The notes under the pieces were generated by a model. The model did not search any database. It was not told the origin of the DNA and saw nothing but the letters and a program-made list of their open reading frames with translations. The position numbers and the translations under genes are program-made. A DNA stretch of 63,772 nt, counting the filler, from Licmophora abbreviata (taxonomy: Eukaryota), in the NCBI GenBank assembly GCA_900291995.1. It is 13 parts of 13 records of this genome, joined end to end, with 100 filler letters (N's around TTAATTAATTAA, not from the genome) between each part and the next. Parts side by side here need not be neighbours in the genome. Positions count along the whole stretch, not along the records: positions 31,699 to 36,733 come from OLMU01002607.1; positions 36,834 to 40,967 come from OLMU01002609.1; positions 41,068 to 52,291 come from OLMU01002610.1; 10 more parts are not named here. The stretch is one strand, 5' to 3'. Positions 33,413-44,725 of this stretch are shown piece after piece. Each line of letters begins with the position of its first letter. Within the stretch, counting starts at the first letter, position 1.

Positions 33413-36316
33413 TCATGCAGATGCAGCTTGTCTGGCGTTCGCTCGATCTCTAGGCATTCGCGAGGAGCCGAGAAGGCGTCGAAACTCGTTTTCTACCCTT
33501 GTCGGTAGATGCCCTTCCCGGGTATGGCAAAGTCGATAGGTTGATCTGATCAGCTTCTCGCGTCGGATATCGTCTTTCCCAAGCAAACCTGCCACGGTCT
33601 TTGCAAACACAAGTAAGTCCCTTGAATCTGCCTTCTCCATATCTTTAAGCTTACCCATGACAGCAATAGCTCGTTTAAGGGCGTCGCCCCTCTCGGAAGC
33701 TTTCGCAGTTGAGCAGGAGTTCAGTATAAGCGTGCATGTGAACGGAGTCGGGTCAAGTTCGAGATCGTTCAGACGATCTGCCAACGTTACCATGATCGAG
33801 TACTCGAGCTCCAGCCGCGCCTTCCGTACCGTCTGCATAATTGTGTTGAAAGTGAATATTCCTGGTCTGACGTCAAGTGCGATCATTCGATCAAGAAGAT
33901 GTAACGACGCATCGGTGGCCTCCTTACTAGGCGCTCGATTCCGAGCCAAGAGAACCAAGTTAAATATTCTCTCGTCAGGCTTGCAATCCTCGTTGCCAGA
34001 GGACTGGAAGAGACCTATCATTTCATTCAGGACACGTTGTGACTCGGCGACAATCTCTAGCTCAGACCCCTCGTTCGGGAGAAGTGTAAGATACGCATCA
34101 AAGATTGGAACGTTTGGAAGAAGCGCCTCGTACCCCGCTCGGTAGTAATTGAGAAGGCGATTCAGACTCTCCTTGATCCTTTCGATCTTCTTTTCCTTTG
34201 CCCACGCTTGGACCACATAGTTATAACAAGACACTGGAGGATGGAGGTCGGGATTTTTACACTTTCCGTTCAACACTGTTTCAGCCTCAAACTGCCGCAG
34301 CATTAAGTCAGCTTCACGCGGCTTTCCCCGCCACTTCAGCCTTTGCACCATGGCTTTCATCATTTCCTTAGCATGGTCGCAGTCGCCAGCCAATGCCTGA
34401 CTCTGATCGAAACAAAGCAGGAGAGCTCTGCGCAGAATCTTAGTTTCCTCATTATAGCTGACAGGACGACCTGTTTCATTTAGTAGCGACAGAAGAGTAC
34501 GTTTGTAGAACTCAACGGGTATTGGTTCATCGGTTCGCCGTTCTAGGTATTCAAGTTCGTCGAAGAGCGTCGAAAGATCCCCGGACTGACAGATTGCCAT
34601 GAGCATAAGCTTTCCGGAGGATATAGAAATCGGTATTTCGAACGTCTCGGCCCAACGAACCAACTCCGATGCTTGCTTACCTAGCCCGAACTTTGCTAGA
34701 GCTTCGAGCAGCTTTTCAAGGAGTACTTCTCGGTCATCCTTGCTCATAGTCGTCCAGGTTTCTGGAACAAGGGACAAAACATCATCTGCGCGCGTCCCAT
34801 TGAGAGGCACATGGGAAAGAAACAGCAGCCAAGAATCCATATCGGGAGAAGCTTTGTCACTTCCACGCTTTCTGGATCGAACCATCTTGGAAAACAATTC
34901 TCTTATCTTTTGTGGCGCTATGGCATCACTGCATCTGCTCCAGCACTTTATTGCCAGATTGTACAGATCCGTCGAGATCAACTCACTTCCACTTTTGATT
35001 TCGAGTTCCTCCAGTCGATCAAAAATCTCTTGCATTCGCCAAGGAGCATGACTTTCAGTGCTTTCAGCCCACAGCGATATAACGTCGTGATGCACCCGAT
35101 TAGAGAATTGTGTGTCCTCCCCAGAGCTGAAATCGAGCCGTCGCAGCCAGATAGTTGCTTCTTTCGCATCCTCGATTCGGACAAAGTATGCCACGAGAGC
35201 CTCAAGTAGCTCCTTGGATACCGTTTGTGGTGGAATGATAGCCGATTCAATGTGGTGCATCAGTTTTCCGACCTTAAGCCGCTCTTTGGAAGTCGCAGTC
35301 TCCAGAATTCTTCGGAAGTCCCGGTCGAGCGCATCGATTTCGAAAGCCGATAGATTCTGTGCAGCTTCCTTGTCCGCAGATGATTGCGTCTGATCCTCAA
35401 CCTCTTTGGGTTGTTCAATTTTTAGAGATTTAGTGACAATATCATCTGCAGGTTTTAGTGATTCCCATCCGCACTCTGTCGAAAGCCAACCCATTCGATC
35501 AAAAAGAGCCCGAGATGTCTCTCTGTCGCCGAGCTCGACGCTCTGTGACACTGCTTCATGAAAGATTGGGGAAAGCAAAGCCTCGAGGTCCCCAGTTACA
35601 TTTGATTCCGTCCACCATAGCAGAATACTTGAAGTAGCACGCAACGACTCAGTGGTGCCGTGGCCGAGCCGGGCTTGTAGCAAACCTTCTAACAGTTCCG
35701 ATGGAAGAGTCGTCGACTGACCCGAACCGTATAAGTCGAGAAGACGAGCTATATGCTCCTCGGCGCGATCGAGCGCCCTCTCTTCTTTGATTCCCATTAG
35801 CAACCATGATTCACATAGCAATTGTCGAACTTGCACAATAGTTTCGAGATTGAGCTGCGTTCGCGCAGCGTATGTTCCAGTCGAATGCTCGATGACCAGT
35901 CGGTCAAATATTCGGTCCGCTGAATCGAGAGCGTACCCGACTTTGGGATCCAAATGGCACCACTTTTCTATCGCCCCGAGCGCCTGTTGTATGGTGTGAC
36001 CGCCCATAGTCCCCGTGGCAAGCTTGCCAAGGAGCCAGTGCGTCTGTCGCTCGAGGTGTTCCAACTCGTCTACCGTCGGGTTGTTGTCACCACTGAGAGT
36101 CGCCTGGCTAGTGGCTGACAAGGTTCTACGTCCATGTGCGTTCCCGTGCGATTCGAATGCTGAATCTAGATGAATGTGTCTTGGAGAATGCGCGGAAAGA
36201 CTGGCCCGAGTTCCTGTTGGTCGGTGCTGGACGACTCGCCCAGCTACGAAGCAACGAAGTGTATTCTTGTTCCGGAGGGAGGCCCGCCAACATCGGCCAT
36301 GCAGAGTCCGAATCAT
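33413..36316 (-). CDS. Pentatricopeptide-repeat protein, probably mitochondrial
   Basis: YNLAIKCWS, CYNYVVQAWAK, PDERIFNLVL, PGIFTFNTIM, PTPFTCTLILNSC. Arg-rich N-terminus. Confidence 0.8.
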   Translation of the reverse strand: MIRTLHGRCWRASLRNKNTLRCFVAGRVVQHRPTGTRASLSAHSPRHIHLDSAFESHGNAHGRRTLSATSQATLSGDNNPTVDELEHLERQTHWLLGKLATGTMGGHTIQQALGAIEKWCHLDPKVGYALDSADRIFDRLVIEHSTGTYAARTQLNLETIVQVRQLLCESWLLMGIKEERALDRAEEHIARLLDLYGSGQSTTLPSELLEGLLQARLGHGTTESLRATSSILLWWTESNVTGDLEALLSPIFHEAVSQSVELGDRETSRALFDRMGWLSTECGWESLKPADDIVTKSLKIEQPKEVEDQTQSSADKEAAQNLSAFEIDALDRDFRRILETATSKERLKVGKLMHHIESAIIPPQTVSKELLEALVAYFVRIEDAKEATIWLRRLDFSSGEDTQFSNRVHHDVISLWAESTESHAPWRMQEIFDRLEELEIKSGSELISTDLYNLAIKCWSRCSDAIAPQKIRELFSKMVRSRKRGSDKASPDMDSWLLFLSHVPLNGTRADDVLSLVPETWTTMSKDDREVLLEKLLEALAKFGLGKQASELVRWAETFEIPISISSGKLMLMAICQSGDLSTLFDELEYLERRTDEPIPVEFYKRTLLSLLNETGRPVSYNEETKILRRALLLCFDQSQALAGDCDHAKEMMKAMVQRLKWRGKPREADLMLRQFEAETVLNGKCKNPDLHPPVSCYNYVVQAWAKEKKIERIKESLNRLLNYYRAGYEALLPNVPIFDAYLTLLPNEGSELEIVAESQRVLNEMIGLFQSSGNEDCKPDERIFNLVLLARNRAPSKEATDASLHLLDRMIALDVRPGIFTFNTIMQTVRKARLELEYSIMVTLADRLNDLELDPTPFTCTLILNSCSTAKASERGDALKRAIAVMGKLKDMEKADSRDLLVFAKTVAGLLGKDDIRREKLIRSTYRLCHTREGHLPTRVENEFRRLLGSSRMPRDRANARQAASA

Positions 36317-36833
36317 TTCGACACTGGACGCCTCAAGGACTAAGACACAAACGTATCGGTTCTATATGACTGCGAGGTAGTGATTCCTCCATGGTCACTA
36401 GCCCTTTCGTTGTGGTCGATACTGTATGTCGTTCGTCTGTCGTCGCAGATACGGCAATGTGTTGTCTTTTGTCTTTTCGTCGCATTATTCAATTATGTGG
36501 TGGTACTGTCCCGCCCTGTATGTCGTGTGCGTGTGGATGTGGATGGGTGGAAGCAACCCTTCCAAAATTTGACTCGGCGGTGCTGGGCGCAGTCAAATTG
36601 GATTCATTCGACTCAGAGATGTCCGCAGCCGCCGCGCGAGTAGTGTTTCGTGTGTCGATTTTTTGTGGTGATCGATTTTTGATGCTCTGATGAATGTGCT
36701 CATGACAATGTCGATCTGGACGGCACAGCGCATNNNNNNNNNNNNNNNNNNNNNNNNNNNNNNNNNNNNNNNNNNNNTTAATTAATTAANNNNNNNNNNN
36801 NNNNNNNNNNNNNNNNNNNNNNNNNNNNNNNNN

Positions 36834-38249
36834 CCCGCGTTCCTGGATACGACCACGACACCGGCACCTACGCCAATACTTCGCGAACTCAATAGCGTTC
36901 GTATTCGGCTTGCCGAGACGGAGCGACAGTATCGTCAGCTCAGGCGAAAGGCGGACGAGTGGCAGGCCAAGGGGCAGCAGTTGGTGCAGCAGAGAGAGGC
37001 GACTCGAACTGCAACTGCGCGTGTAGTTCAAGTCGAAACTGAATTGCGAGAAATCCGACAGCGGCGGGAACGAGACTGTGCCTCTCTGGAAAGTTGGGTG
37101 ATGTTTGGAAATGGACTGCGCAAGGTACTATCTTTGGAGTCGACTACGCATGATGGACCTCCAGAAGTCGCGACAGTCATGCGACATTTAGATATGCTCC
37201 ACGACAAGACGACGGTACTGGCCGACGACAAGGCCGAGTTGCAGCGACAGATTCAAGCGTCCAAGGAGCAAGTCACCAAGACACAAGCGATGGCAAATGA
37301 AAAGGTGAAGGAGGCAAACGCTATTTCTAAGGAATGTCGTCAGCTCACCGAGAAACTAAATACGTCGGAACGCAAGTTTCAGACGCTCCAGGCGCAAGAG
37401 GGAATATGGCGCCGCGAGGCAGACAGCTTGCGATCCTTGCTTCAGACTTTCGACGACGCACCTCCGAAAAGTCCTGATGCCAAGCCATCTGCAATAAAAG
37501 AGGCTTTGGAAGTCAGTTTGTCGACAGCTCGGGAAGAACTCTCAATGTCGAACGAAGAACGCGTCCGTCTGGCGCGGGAACTTGAAATCGTGACGCAAGA
37601 CAAGACGGAGATGCAGGAAGAGCACACTCGCCTTGTGGAAAAGTTTGGAAGACTCCATGAAGCGCTCAAGGCGGAACGCGTCAAGGTGGAAGCGGCAGAA
37701 GATCGAGTCAGTCAAGCGGAGACGCTTGCCGGGCAGGGTTCGTTCAATCAGAACAAGACCCGCGTCTTGCATTTGAAACGGAATCCGCTGTCGGAAGCGA
37801 CTCGTGAACGATACGAGACTGAGATTGGAGAGTTGAAACGTCAGATTGAGGAGCTGTCAGGTCAGAAGCCGGCTGCTAGTGGGAGTTCTGCACCCGAAGT
37901 CGATCCATCAAAACTCCATCTGAGACTCAAGGAACAGTTCAAGGAGCGGAGTGGATTGTATCGTGAAGGCGTACGCCTTTTGACGGGTTTCAAGGTCGAC
38001 ATGTTGGGTGACGATGACCGTCCTATGTTCAAGGTACGATCTGACTATGCAGAACAAGAGCAGGACCAGCTAATGTTCGTGTGGCCTATGGGTAGAGACG
38101 TCGCGGCTCTCGATCTTGTTGAAACAGAGTTTGCCAAGGTCGTGACGACAACGGATTCGTATCAGTACATGACGAAATTCAGCAGCGTTCCAGCTTTCAT
38201 GGCGAGTGTCCAGCTCAGTTTGTTTGAGAAGACAACTCTTCAGTACTAG
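36834..38249 (+). CDS. MAD1: Spindle checkpoint protein MAD1 (5' end in gap)
   Basis: Long coiled coil, TRVLHLKRNPL, RLKEQF, REGVRLLTGFKVDM, SVPAFMASVQLSLF. Confidence 0.9.
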   Translation, partial: PAFLDTTTTPAPTPILRELNSVRIRLAETERQYRQLRRKADEWQAKGQQLVQQREATRTATARVVQVETELREIRQRRERDCASLESWVMFGNGLRKVLSLESTTHDGPPEVATVMRHLDMLHDKTTVLADDKAELQRQIQASKEQVTKTQAMANEKVKEANAISKECRQLTEKLNTSERKFQTLQAQEGIWRREADSLRSLLQTFDDAPPKSPDAKPSAIKEALEVSLSTAREELSMSNEERVRLARELEIVTQDKTEMQEEHTRLVEKFGRLHEALKAERVKVEAAEDRVSQAETLAGQGSFNQNKTRVLHLKRNPLSEATRERYETEIGELKRQIEELSGQKPAASGSSAPEVDPSKLHLRLKEQFKERSGLYREGVRLLTGFKVDMLGDDDRPMFKVRSDYAEQEQDQLMFVWPMGRDVAALDLVETEFAKVVTTTDSYQYMTKFSSVPAFMASVQLSLFEKTTLQY

Positions 38250-38354
38250 TTTCCAGATCGTGTCAGCGTGTGTTTTTGTGTTTAGTGATATAATATTTGC
38301 TTTGATGATTTGATACAACCGGACTATATACAGAGCTGCGCCGCCCTCACCCCT

Positions 38355-39302
38355 CTAATGGTGATTCCCTTCGACATGATTCGGCAAGTTAACTCGGGCT
38401 CCACTGCTCTCCTCCAAAAGCATTTTGAGTTCTTCAATTTGCGTTTCGAGCTCCTCTACCTTGTGCAGCGACACCTCCAGCGTTGTTGCAAAGAGGCCGT
38501 GTCCGATTCGCACGAAACGCCAGACGCGTCCAATAATGAGCAAACCTGCCAGAGTGGAATATATGTCATCTTCACTGATGGCTCGAAAGGATATCTCAAG
38601 AGTCATGGATGTGACGACAATCACGAAGTCGAGCATGTACAAGCGATGGCTAAAGAATTTGGGTGCGCCAAGAATCCACAAGAGCACCAGTAGCTCGATG
38701 AGGAAGACGGAGAGGATGAGAATCGTCAAGGAGAAGAGCACTGTATGAGCCGTATGGACTGCTGGATACTCATGGGAGTTACAGCCTACTTCGCCATCGG
38801 CCTCAACGAGAGGAGATTCGCAGAAAGTGTGATGATGAGAATCGTCTGCTGAGAGCAGCCTGTCCAGCAGCCCCCTTTGGTTGCCATGATCCTCGCCTTC
38901 GGTGGCAGCGCAGCAGTTGATTCCGTCTCGCTGGATAAAGTGACAGGATGGATACTGTGCATCGAGGTAGAGCTCGACGAACAAGATGATAACGTCGAGA
39001 AGCAGAAGCATCATGAAGACGGACTGGACTTTGTGAGTGTGAATGACCCGAAAGGCGTGCGCCTGCCAGGAACCCTTTCCGTACTTGGCTTCTACTTCCA
39101 ACAGGTCCTTGTGGGGCGACACCCAGTGCTGGGCGAGCCCAGTCACATATCGTTTGCCTCCCCGGCGCGGACCCAGTCCAGGTCGTTCGGATCTGTTCTG
39201 GTGCGACATTCGCAGCTCCTGTTCGCGTTTTCCATCGTCTCCCACCTGATCGGCCGCCGGCACAGCTATACTCACTGCGGGCCCTGTCGACCGCTCTTCC
39301 AT
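38355..39302 (-). CDS. HVCN1: Voltage-gated proton channel Hv1
   Basis: Four TM helices, S1 Asp (LLLLDVIILFVEL), S4 RVWRFVRIGHG, C-terminal coiled coil, no pore domain. Confidence 0.9.
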   Translation of the reverse strand: MEERSTGPAVSIAVPAADQVGDDGKREQELRMSHQNRSERPGLGPRRGGKRYVTGLAQHWVSPHKDLLEVEAKYGKGSWQAHAFRVIHTHKVQSVFMMLLLLDVIILFVELYLDAQYPSCHFIQRDGINCCAATEGEDHGNQRGLLDRLLSADDSHHHTFCESPLVEADGEVGCNSHEYPAVHTAHTVLFSLTILILSVFLIELLVLLWILGAPKFFSHRLYMLDFVIVVTSMTLEISFRAISEDDIYSTLAGLLIIGRVWRFVRIGHGLFATTLEVSLHKVEELETQIEELKMLLEESSGARVNLPNHVEGNHH

Positions 39303-39762
39303 GGCGTATGTGCACGTATAATGGGTTGTGGATCTGGTCGATTGATTCTTAATTCAGTTTGGCTTCCGTGTCTTCGAGTGAGTCGAGTCGAGTCGAGTCG
39401 AGTCGATGAGGCAAGTTGAAAGTCGTCGCCATTGTGATTGTTTCATCACAGCGAGATGAAAGCACGCCTAAGTTTAGCTGATGTGAGTGGTGAGCTAGGT
39501 TCAAGATACTCCCCAGCCCTCTCTGGAATATATATACTTATACTTAGTATTAGTGTTATAGATTCTATTTGGTTTTTTCACTACGGACGCTCGAACTCGG
39601 AAGCACGCTACATACAGTGTGTACGTGTGTACGATACATTGTAGTGCAAGTTCGAAAGTGTAAGCTCGCACCATGGCATTGCCTTGAGTACGTTCTTGCC
39701 TTAAATGAAAGACGGAGACCCTCGATTGCACCCAAAAGCTTTGAAAGTCAACCAAACAAGTC

Positions 39763-42700
39763 ATGTCGACCGTGCGACGAGACTCGGCTGCGGCCCGAGC
39801 AGCCCAAGCGCGACGTCGTCAGAGGACTTCACATTCGCCTGGGAATGCCATGAGCGCGGATCACTCTGCCAATCCACCAATGACTTCCCCTCTTGATACA
39901 GGCACGTCAGCCCCTTCCCGCGATCCCCGTCTGCCACCAGCCAGCAGCACAGGCCTCCACTGCACACCGGCGTCCACGTCCACAGCATCCACACCGTCAA
40001 CCTTCCAGACGGCGCGATCGACCTCTGACACACCGGCATCGTCTGCGCACGCCGTCGTCGTGCCAAGCTCCAGCCACACAGCCATCAGTGTTGTCAAGGA
40101 AAACGCTCGATCGTCCAGTCACGACTACGCCCCCAAAGACTTCGCGACACGTACGGCTGCAAATACCTACACTAGTACCGGTAGCACGACAGCGACGCCT
40201 CCTCTACGAGCTCAGAATCAGGTTGCCTCGGCGGCGGAACAACGCGTTATTCACAAATCGGTACAACTTGTTCCAACCTCCACGGAGAAACGAAATAGCT
40301 TCTTGAAACAAGTGATTCCTCAAGAGGAGGAGGAGCTTGATTCCTTTCTTGATCTAGAACCCGATCAGAACGATCCTGCCGCAGAAGTGATTGACGCAGC
40401 TTGTCTTCAATACGGATCGCTCGTCATGCTACGCCCAAGGTCGCAGCCGACAACATCATTGACAATTCAGCGTGAGATTATTGACGAGAGTACGACGTTC
40501 CAGCTCGCCAGAGATGGACTCTCCTTGGGTACTAGGGCCGAAACCTTTCAGCTGGTGCGACTCAAGGGAGGCGACGAGCGCAACGATACGGTGGTTCGCT
40601 ACGGTGACACTCTTGCTCTTCGTTCCATTCATGCCCAGCGACGAGCGCTGGGGGCACGGCCCGTGTCTGCAGCAGACAAGAAGATCACATCTTATAATAT
40701 TGGTTGCTTTCGTCGCACGGGAGGATTGCCGGAACAATGGACAATTAGGAGCTCGGATCATGTTTTGGCTGTAGGGCGTGCGGCAGTGGAATCGTCGTCG
40801 TCATTGAAACAGCAACGGAAGCGTACCTCAGCCGTGAGATCGGGCGAATGTGTGGTTCTACGCAACAAAGCGGCTGGTGGCTTGTTGTCGCTCGACTCTG
40901 TGGGAGATGGTCTTACGCTATTGACGCACTCTTACGATACCAGTGGCACCACACGACGTTCATCGGGNNNNNNNNNNNNNNNNNNNNNNNNNNNNNNNNN
41001 NNNNNNNNNNNTTAATTAATTAANNNNNNNNNNNNNNNNNNNNNNNNNNNNNNNNNNNNNNNNNNNNGGTGCGACGGGTCTCCTTGATCGACTACAGTAT
41101 CACGATCGCATGATGCCATCACCGGACGAACTCTTCCAAATCATTACCGTCAATACGCCGCCGTGCCCTCTTTGGACCAGTAGCCGGAGCGATCGCCGAG
41201 TGTACCTTGAAGGAGAGCACCTGTTTCAAGTGAATCGCGACCACGGGGACGAGTCGCGGGACGAAGCAGTGTTTGAGAAAATTGAGACCCAAGAAGGAGT
41301 GACAGAGATGCATGGTCTCGCTGGGCGTTTACTTCAAAACGTCACTATTGGTATGCAGGAACGAATGATTCTGGACGAGGTTATTGGATCATTGATTGGT
41401 TTGGAGGGACGGTACATTTGTTTTGACCAAGGGACTAGTTTGGAAGACGCAAAGTTTTGCATCTCCAGTGGAGGTCGTGCATTATTACCCTCGGGTCTTA
41501 TCCAAGTGATTGAAAGGATCCTAGTGCTTTCGTCTGGATTTATTCGGGTGCGTGCGTTTGTGGCATCACGCTCGCCTGGATATGAGTATGGGCGTGCTGC
41601 ACAGGCACTCTGCGAGGCCCTCGATGAGATGCTGCTTGAGTACGTACGCCTTGTGGGGAATATAGATGCGCAGTATCGATTGAGCGATGACGCTACGTTC
41701 AGTATGAATCTGCTCTATGTTTACGTTCAGAGTCCGTTGCATACTATGTCCATCTTGGAGACCGTTGTCGTCGCAACGCGCTCGAGAAAAGGAGGCGCAT
41801 TGCTGAATGCCTTGGTCGACATCAAAACAACGACATTGGCTGGTGATAGCACCGCGCGACAACTCTTGACCATTCTGCTTGAGAAGGCCTCTGTGCCGTA
41901 CATGGTCACGTTAAACGAGTGGCTTCGGACGGGTGAGCTCCAGGATGCAGCAAAGGAGTTCTTGGTAGACTGCCCTCTCGCTTTGAGCGAGAGTACACTC
42001 CGAAACCCCGGCGGCGTTGCGGCCAGCTACGATGGCGACGTTTGGAAAGAATTGTTTGTGCTTCGTGTTGAGAATTCACTGAGAGACGTGCTCACGTCTA
42101 AGTCTGTACAAAACAAGGTGTTAATGACAGGACGATACTGGAATGCGGTGCGAATCTGTCAGACGGGGAGCGAGCAACAGATCACTGTCGAAGATTGTGC
42201 ATTCGACGAGCAAGCGGATACAAGCATCGAATACGGTATGGACAGTGTTTCAACTTCAACCTTCATCGACAAGATGTATCAGAGCGCATCGACGGCACTT
42301 CTGGACCTACTTCTGCGCGACTTTCAGTTCTCGGAAACGCTTCTTGCATTGAAACGCTATTTCTTGCTAGACCAAGGAGACTTCCTCGTGCACTTTCTTG
42401 ACGCCGCCGAGGACGAGCTCATGAAAGAGGCAGACGACGTCGCTACTGGTCGCGTTCAAAATTGGATCACGATGAGCGTGCATTTCACGTCGCCACCTCA
42501 AGAGAACAACGTTGGCAAGAAGGATCTGGGATTTCCCGCCCGAGAGCCACTGTCTGCTCACGCGCTTACATTCAAGTTTGCGTCTGGAAGTTTGGTAGAC
42601 GAACTCGATGATCTACATGCGGCAAAAGGTGGCATCGACGCCCGAGTTCCAAAAACACCATCGCGCCATCCGTATGGCCTGGCCAACACCAAGTTGACCG

Positions 42701-43658
42701 GTATGGAAGCCTTTGTGCTTGACTTCGATGACATTCCGTTCCCTACTTCGCTGGTGATATCTCGTCGTACTCTTCAAAGCTACCAACTTCTTTTCAGGCA
42801 CATTTATTTAGCCAAACACGTCGAACGCCGGCTGGTGGGCATCTGGTTCGATCATCAGATAATGAAGGAGCTGCAGACTCTTCGTGGTGCCCTTGGTCCA
42901 ACGTATTGTCTACGACAACGAATGCTCCATTTCATGCAGAACCTTATCTATTACATTATGTCAGAAGTGGTGGAGCCAAACTGGCTGGAAATGCGGGAAG
43001 CCATCAGCGCGCGCGGCGATACCGTTGCAGGTATTAATAGAAAACGTTCCGTTCGAACTGTCGACGATGTCATCAACTTGCACTCTGAGTTCCTCCATCG
43101 GACGTATGAAGAGTGCTTTCTCATGAATCGCAAGGTTGTCCGAAGTCTTACCAAACTGATGACAACATGCCGCTTGTTTTCTGATCAAATGAAGCGGTTC
43201 ATGGAGAAAACCAAGATTGTATGTATATCCCACGCTTGCAATTGCGGACACTGCACCTGGTCATGGCTGTCTCATCTCACTGTCGTTTCCACTTCATCTA
43301 TCTTTAGTCGGCTGAGAACCAACTGGTGGCAAATCAGAAACGAAACACTGTCCAGCGTAACTTGAACGATCCTGACACCTCGAGGATCGCTCGTAGCAAG
43401 AAGTTGATGAGAAAAAAGATGAACAAAGACCGGGAGGAACGTGCGCGTCGTTTGGAACTACAGACTGTCCGCGTTGAACGAGAACTGTCAAATGAGTCCT
43501 ATCAGAAGATGATTGCACGATATGATGAAGTCTTCACCGATGACCTCCGAGACTTTATGCGACAGCTACAGTCCAGTTCTGGAGACCAGTACCATTCGTG
43601 GGCAACCTTGTGTACTCGTCTAGACTATAATGGCTTCGTGACTGGGACAATGGGATAA
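39763..43658 (+). CDS. TUBGCP2: Gamma-tubulin complex component 2 with long N-terminal extension, spans gap
   Basis: LIGLEGRYI, LKRYFLLDQGDFLVHFLD, YQLLFRHI..KHVERRL, LRQRMLHFMQNL..EVVEPNW, RLDYNGF. Intron 43219-43307. Linkage across the gap is inferred. Confidence 0.85.
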
Positions 43659-44053
43659 GTGATAACTGGTAATTCTATAATTGGAAAGCGACGATCTTTG
43701 TGGGAAAGAAGTAGTCAAATCATCGTTCCCTGATGGGTTCGAGACGTCAGCGTTCGCGAAAGTCGATTTGAACGAATCGATCGCATGGCAAAAGCCGGGG
43801 TTCTAGAGACGAGTGATTGCAATGATTGAAGTAGTCAGTCGAGTCAGAGTCGAGTCGAGACGGTCTACTATAGTACAATTTTGGCGATTATCGCGGCGGC
43901 GCGCAAAAAAATCTCATGGCCGCGAGACTTTTTTCCGATCGCCGCGTCGCAGCTCATCGTTCCCATTGTTCCTGAGGGTTGCGTTATCGAACGCGATTGT
44001 CTTACTGTCATTGAGAGAAGCATATCCTATCTTGAGAATAAATTGTTTAAAGC

Positions 44054-44635
44054 ATGGCTAGGACAAGAAAAGCGTCGGAAGCTAATTCCAAGCCAAACGC
44101 CAAACGCCGCCTCGTCCTTGAAGACGACCCCCCACCGATGGCGACGGCTCCTGCTGCCGTTGCTACCAGCTCCACTCCTGCAGTATCTCCCGCTCCCAAA
44201 AAAACGCAAAAGCTGGAGGCATTCTTAGTACCGAAGAAGGAGTTGTCCTATGAGACCCCCCAGAAGAAGGCTCGCGTTGGACGCCCCAAGCACGTCACCC
44301 CGGGCACGCCCGTAGCGGAACACAAGGAAGAGTATGTGCCTACCTACCTTCACAAGAATGTCGAGTATCTCCGAAAAGGCACCGCTGACTTGGACAGCAC
44401 GACATACAAGGTGTTTGAGCTGGTGGAAAAGTTCTTTACGATTCCGGAAGCATTTGAACAGAGCCGCTTGTATGGGCCATTGAGTGGTACATGTTTTGAA
44501 GAGCGCGTCATTTCGGCTTACGCACTCGACTTGCTCGTACCGCGAGACTCGACGGAAGTATCATCTCCTGTGAGAATTTGCACCTTTTGCGCAACAGAGG
44601 GTCACAAGCGTGACGAGTGTGGGGAGCTTATCTAG
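44054..44635 (+). CDS. Small nuclear protein with DNA polymerase delta subunit 4-like motif and CCHC zinc knuckle
   Basis: FEQSRLYGPLSG...ER...A..LDL resembles p12/Cdm1. CTFCATEGHKRDEC. Confidence 0.55.
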   Translation: MARTRKASEANSKPNAKRRLVLEDDPPPMATAPAAVATSSTPAVSPAPKKTQKLEAFLVPKKELSYETPQKKARVGRPKHVTPGTPVAEHKEEYVPTYLHKNVEYLRKGTADLDSTTYKVFELVEKFFTIPEAFEQSRLYGPLSGTCFEERVISAYALDLLVPRDSTEVSSPVRICTFCATEGHKRDECGELI

Positions 44636-44725
44636 ATACACATCAAGTATGTACGTTGCGAAGCTACACTGTCCAGCCATGTACGACGTAGACTATTAAG
44701 GACACAAGTCTCTTGATACACAACC

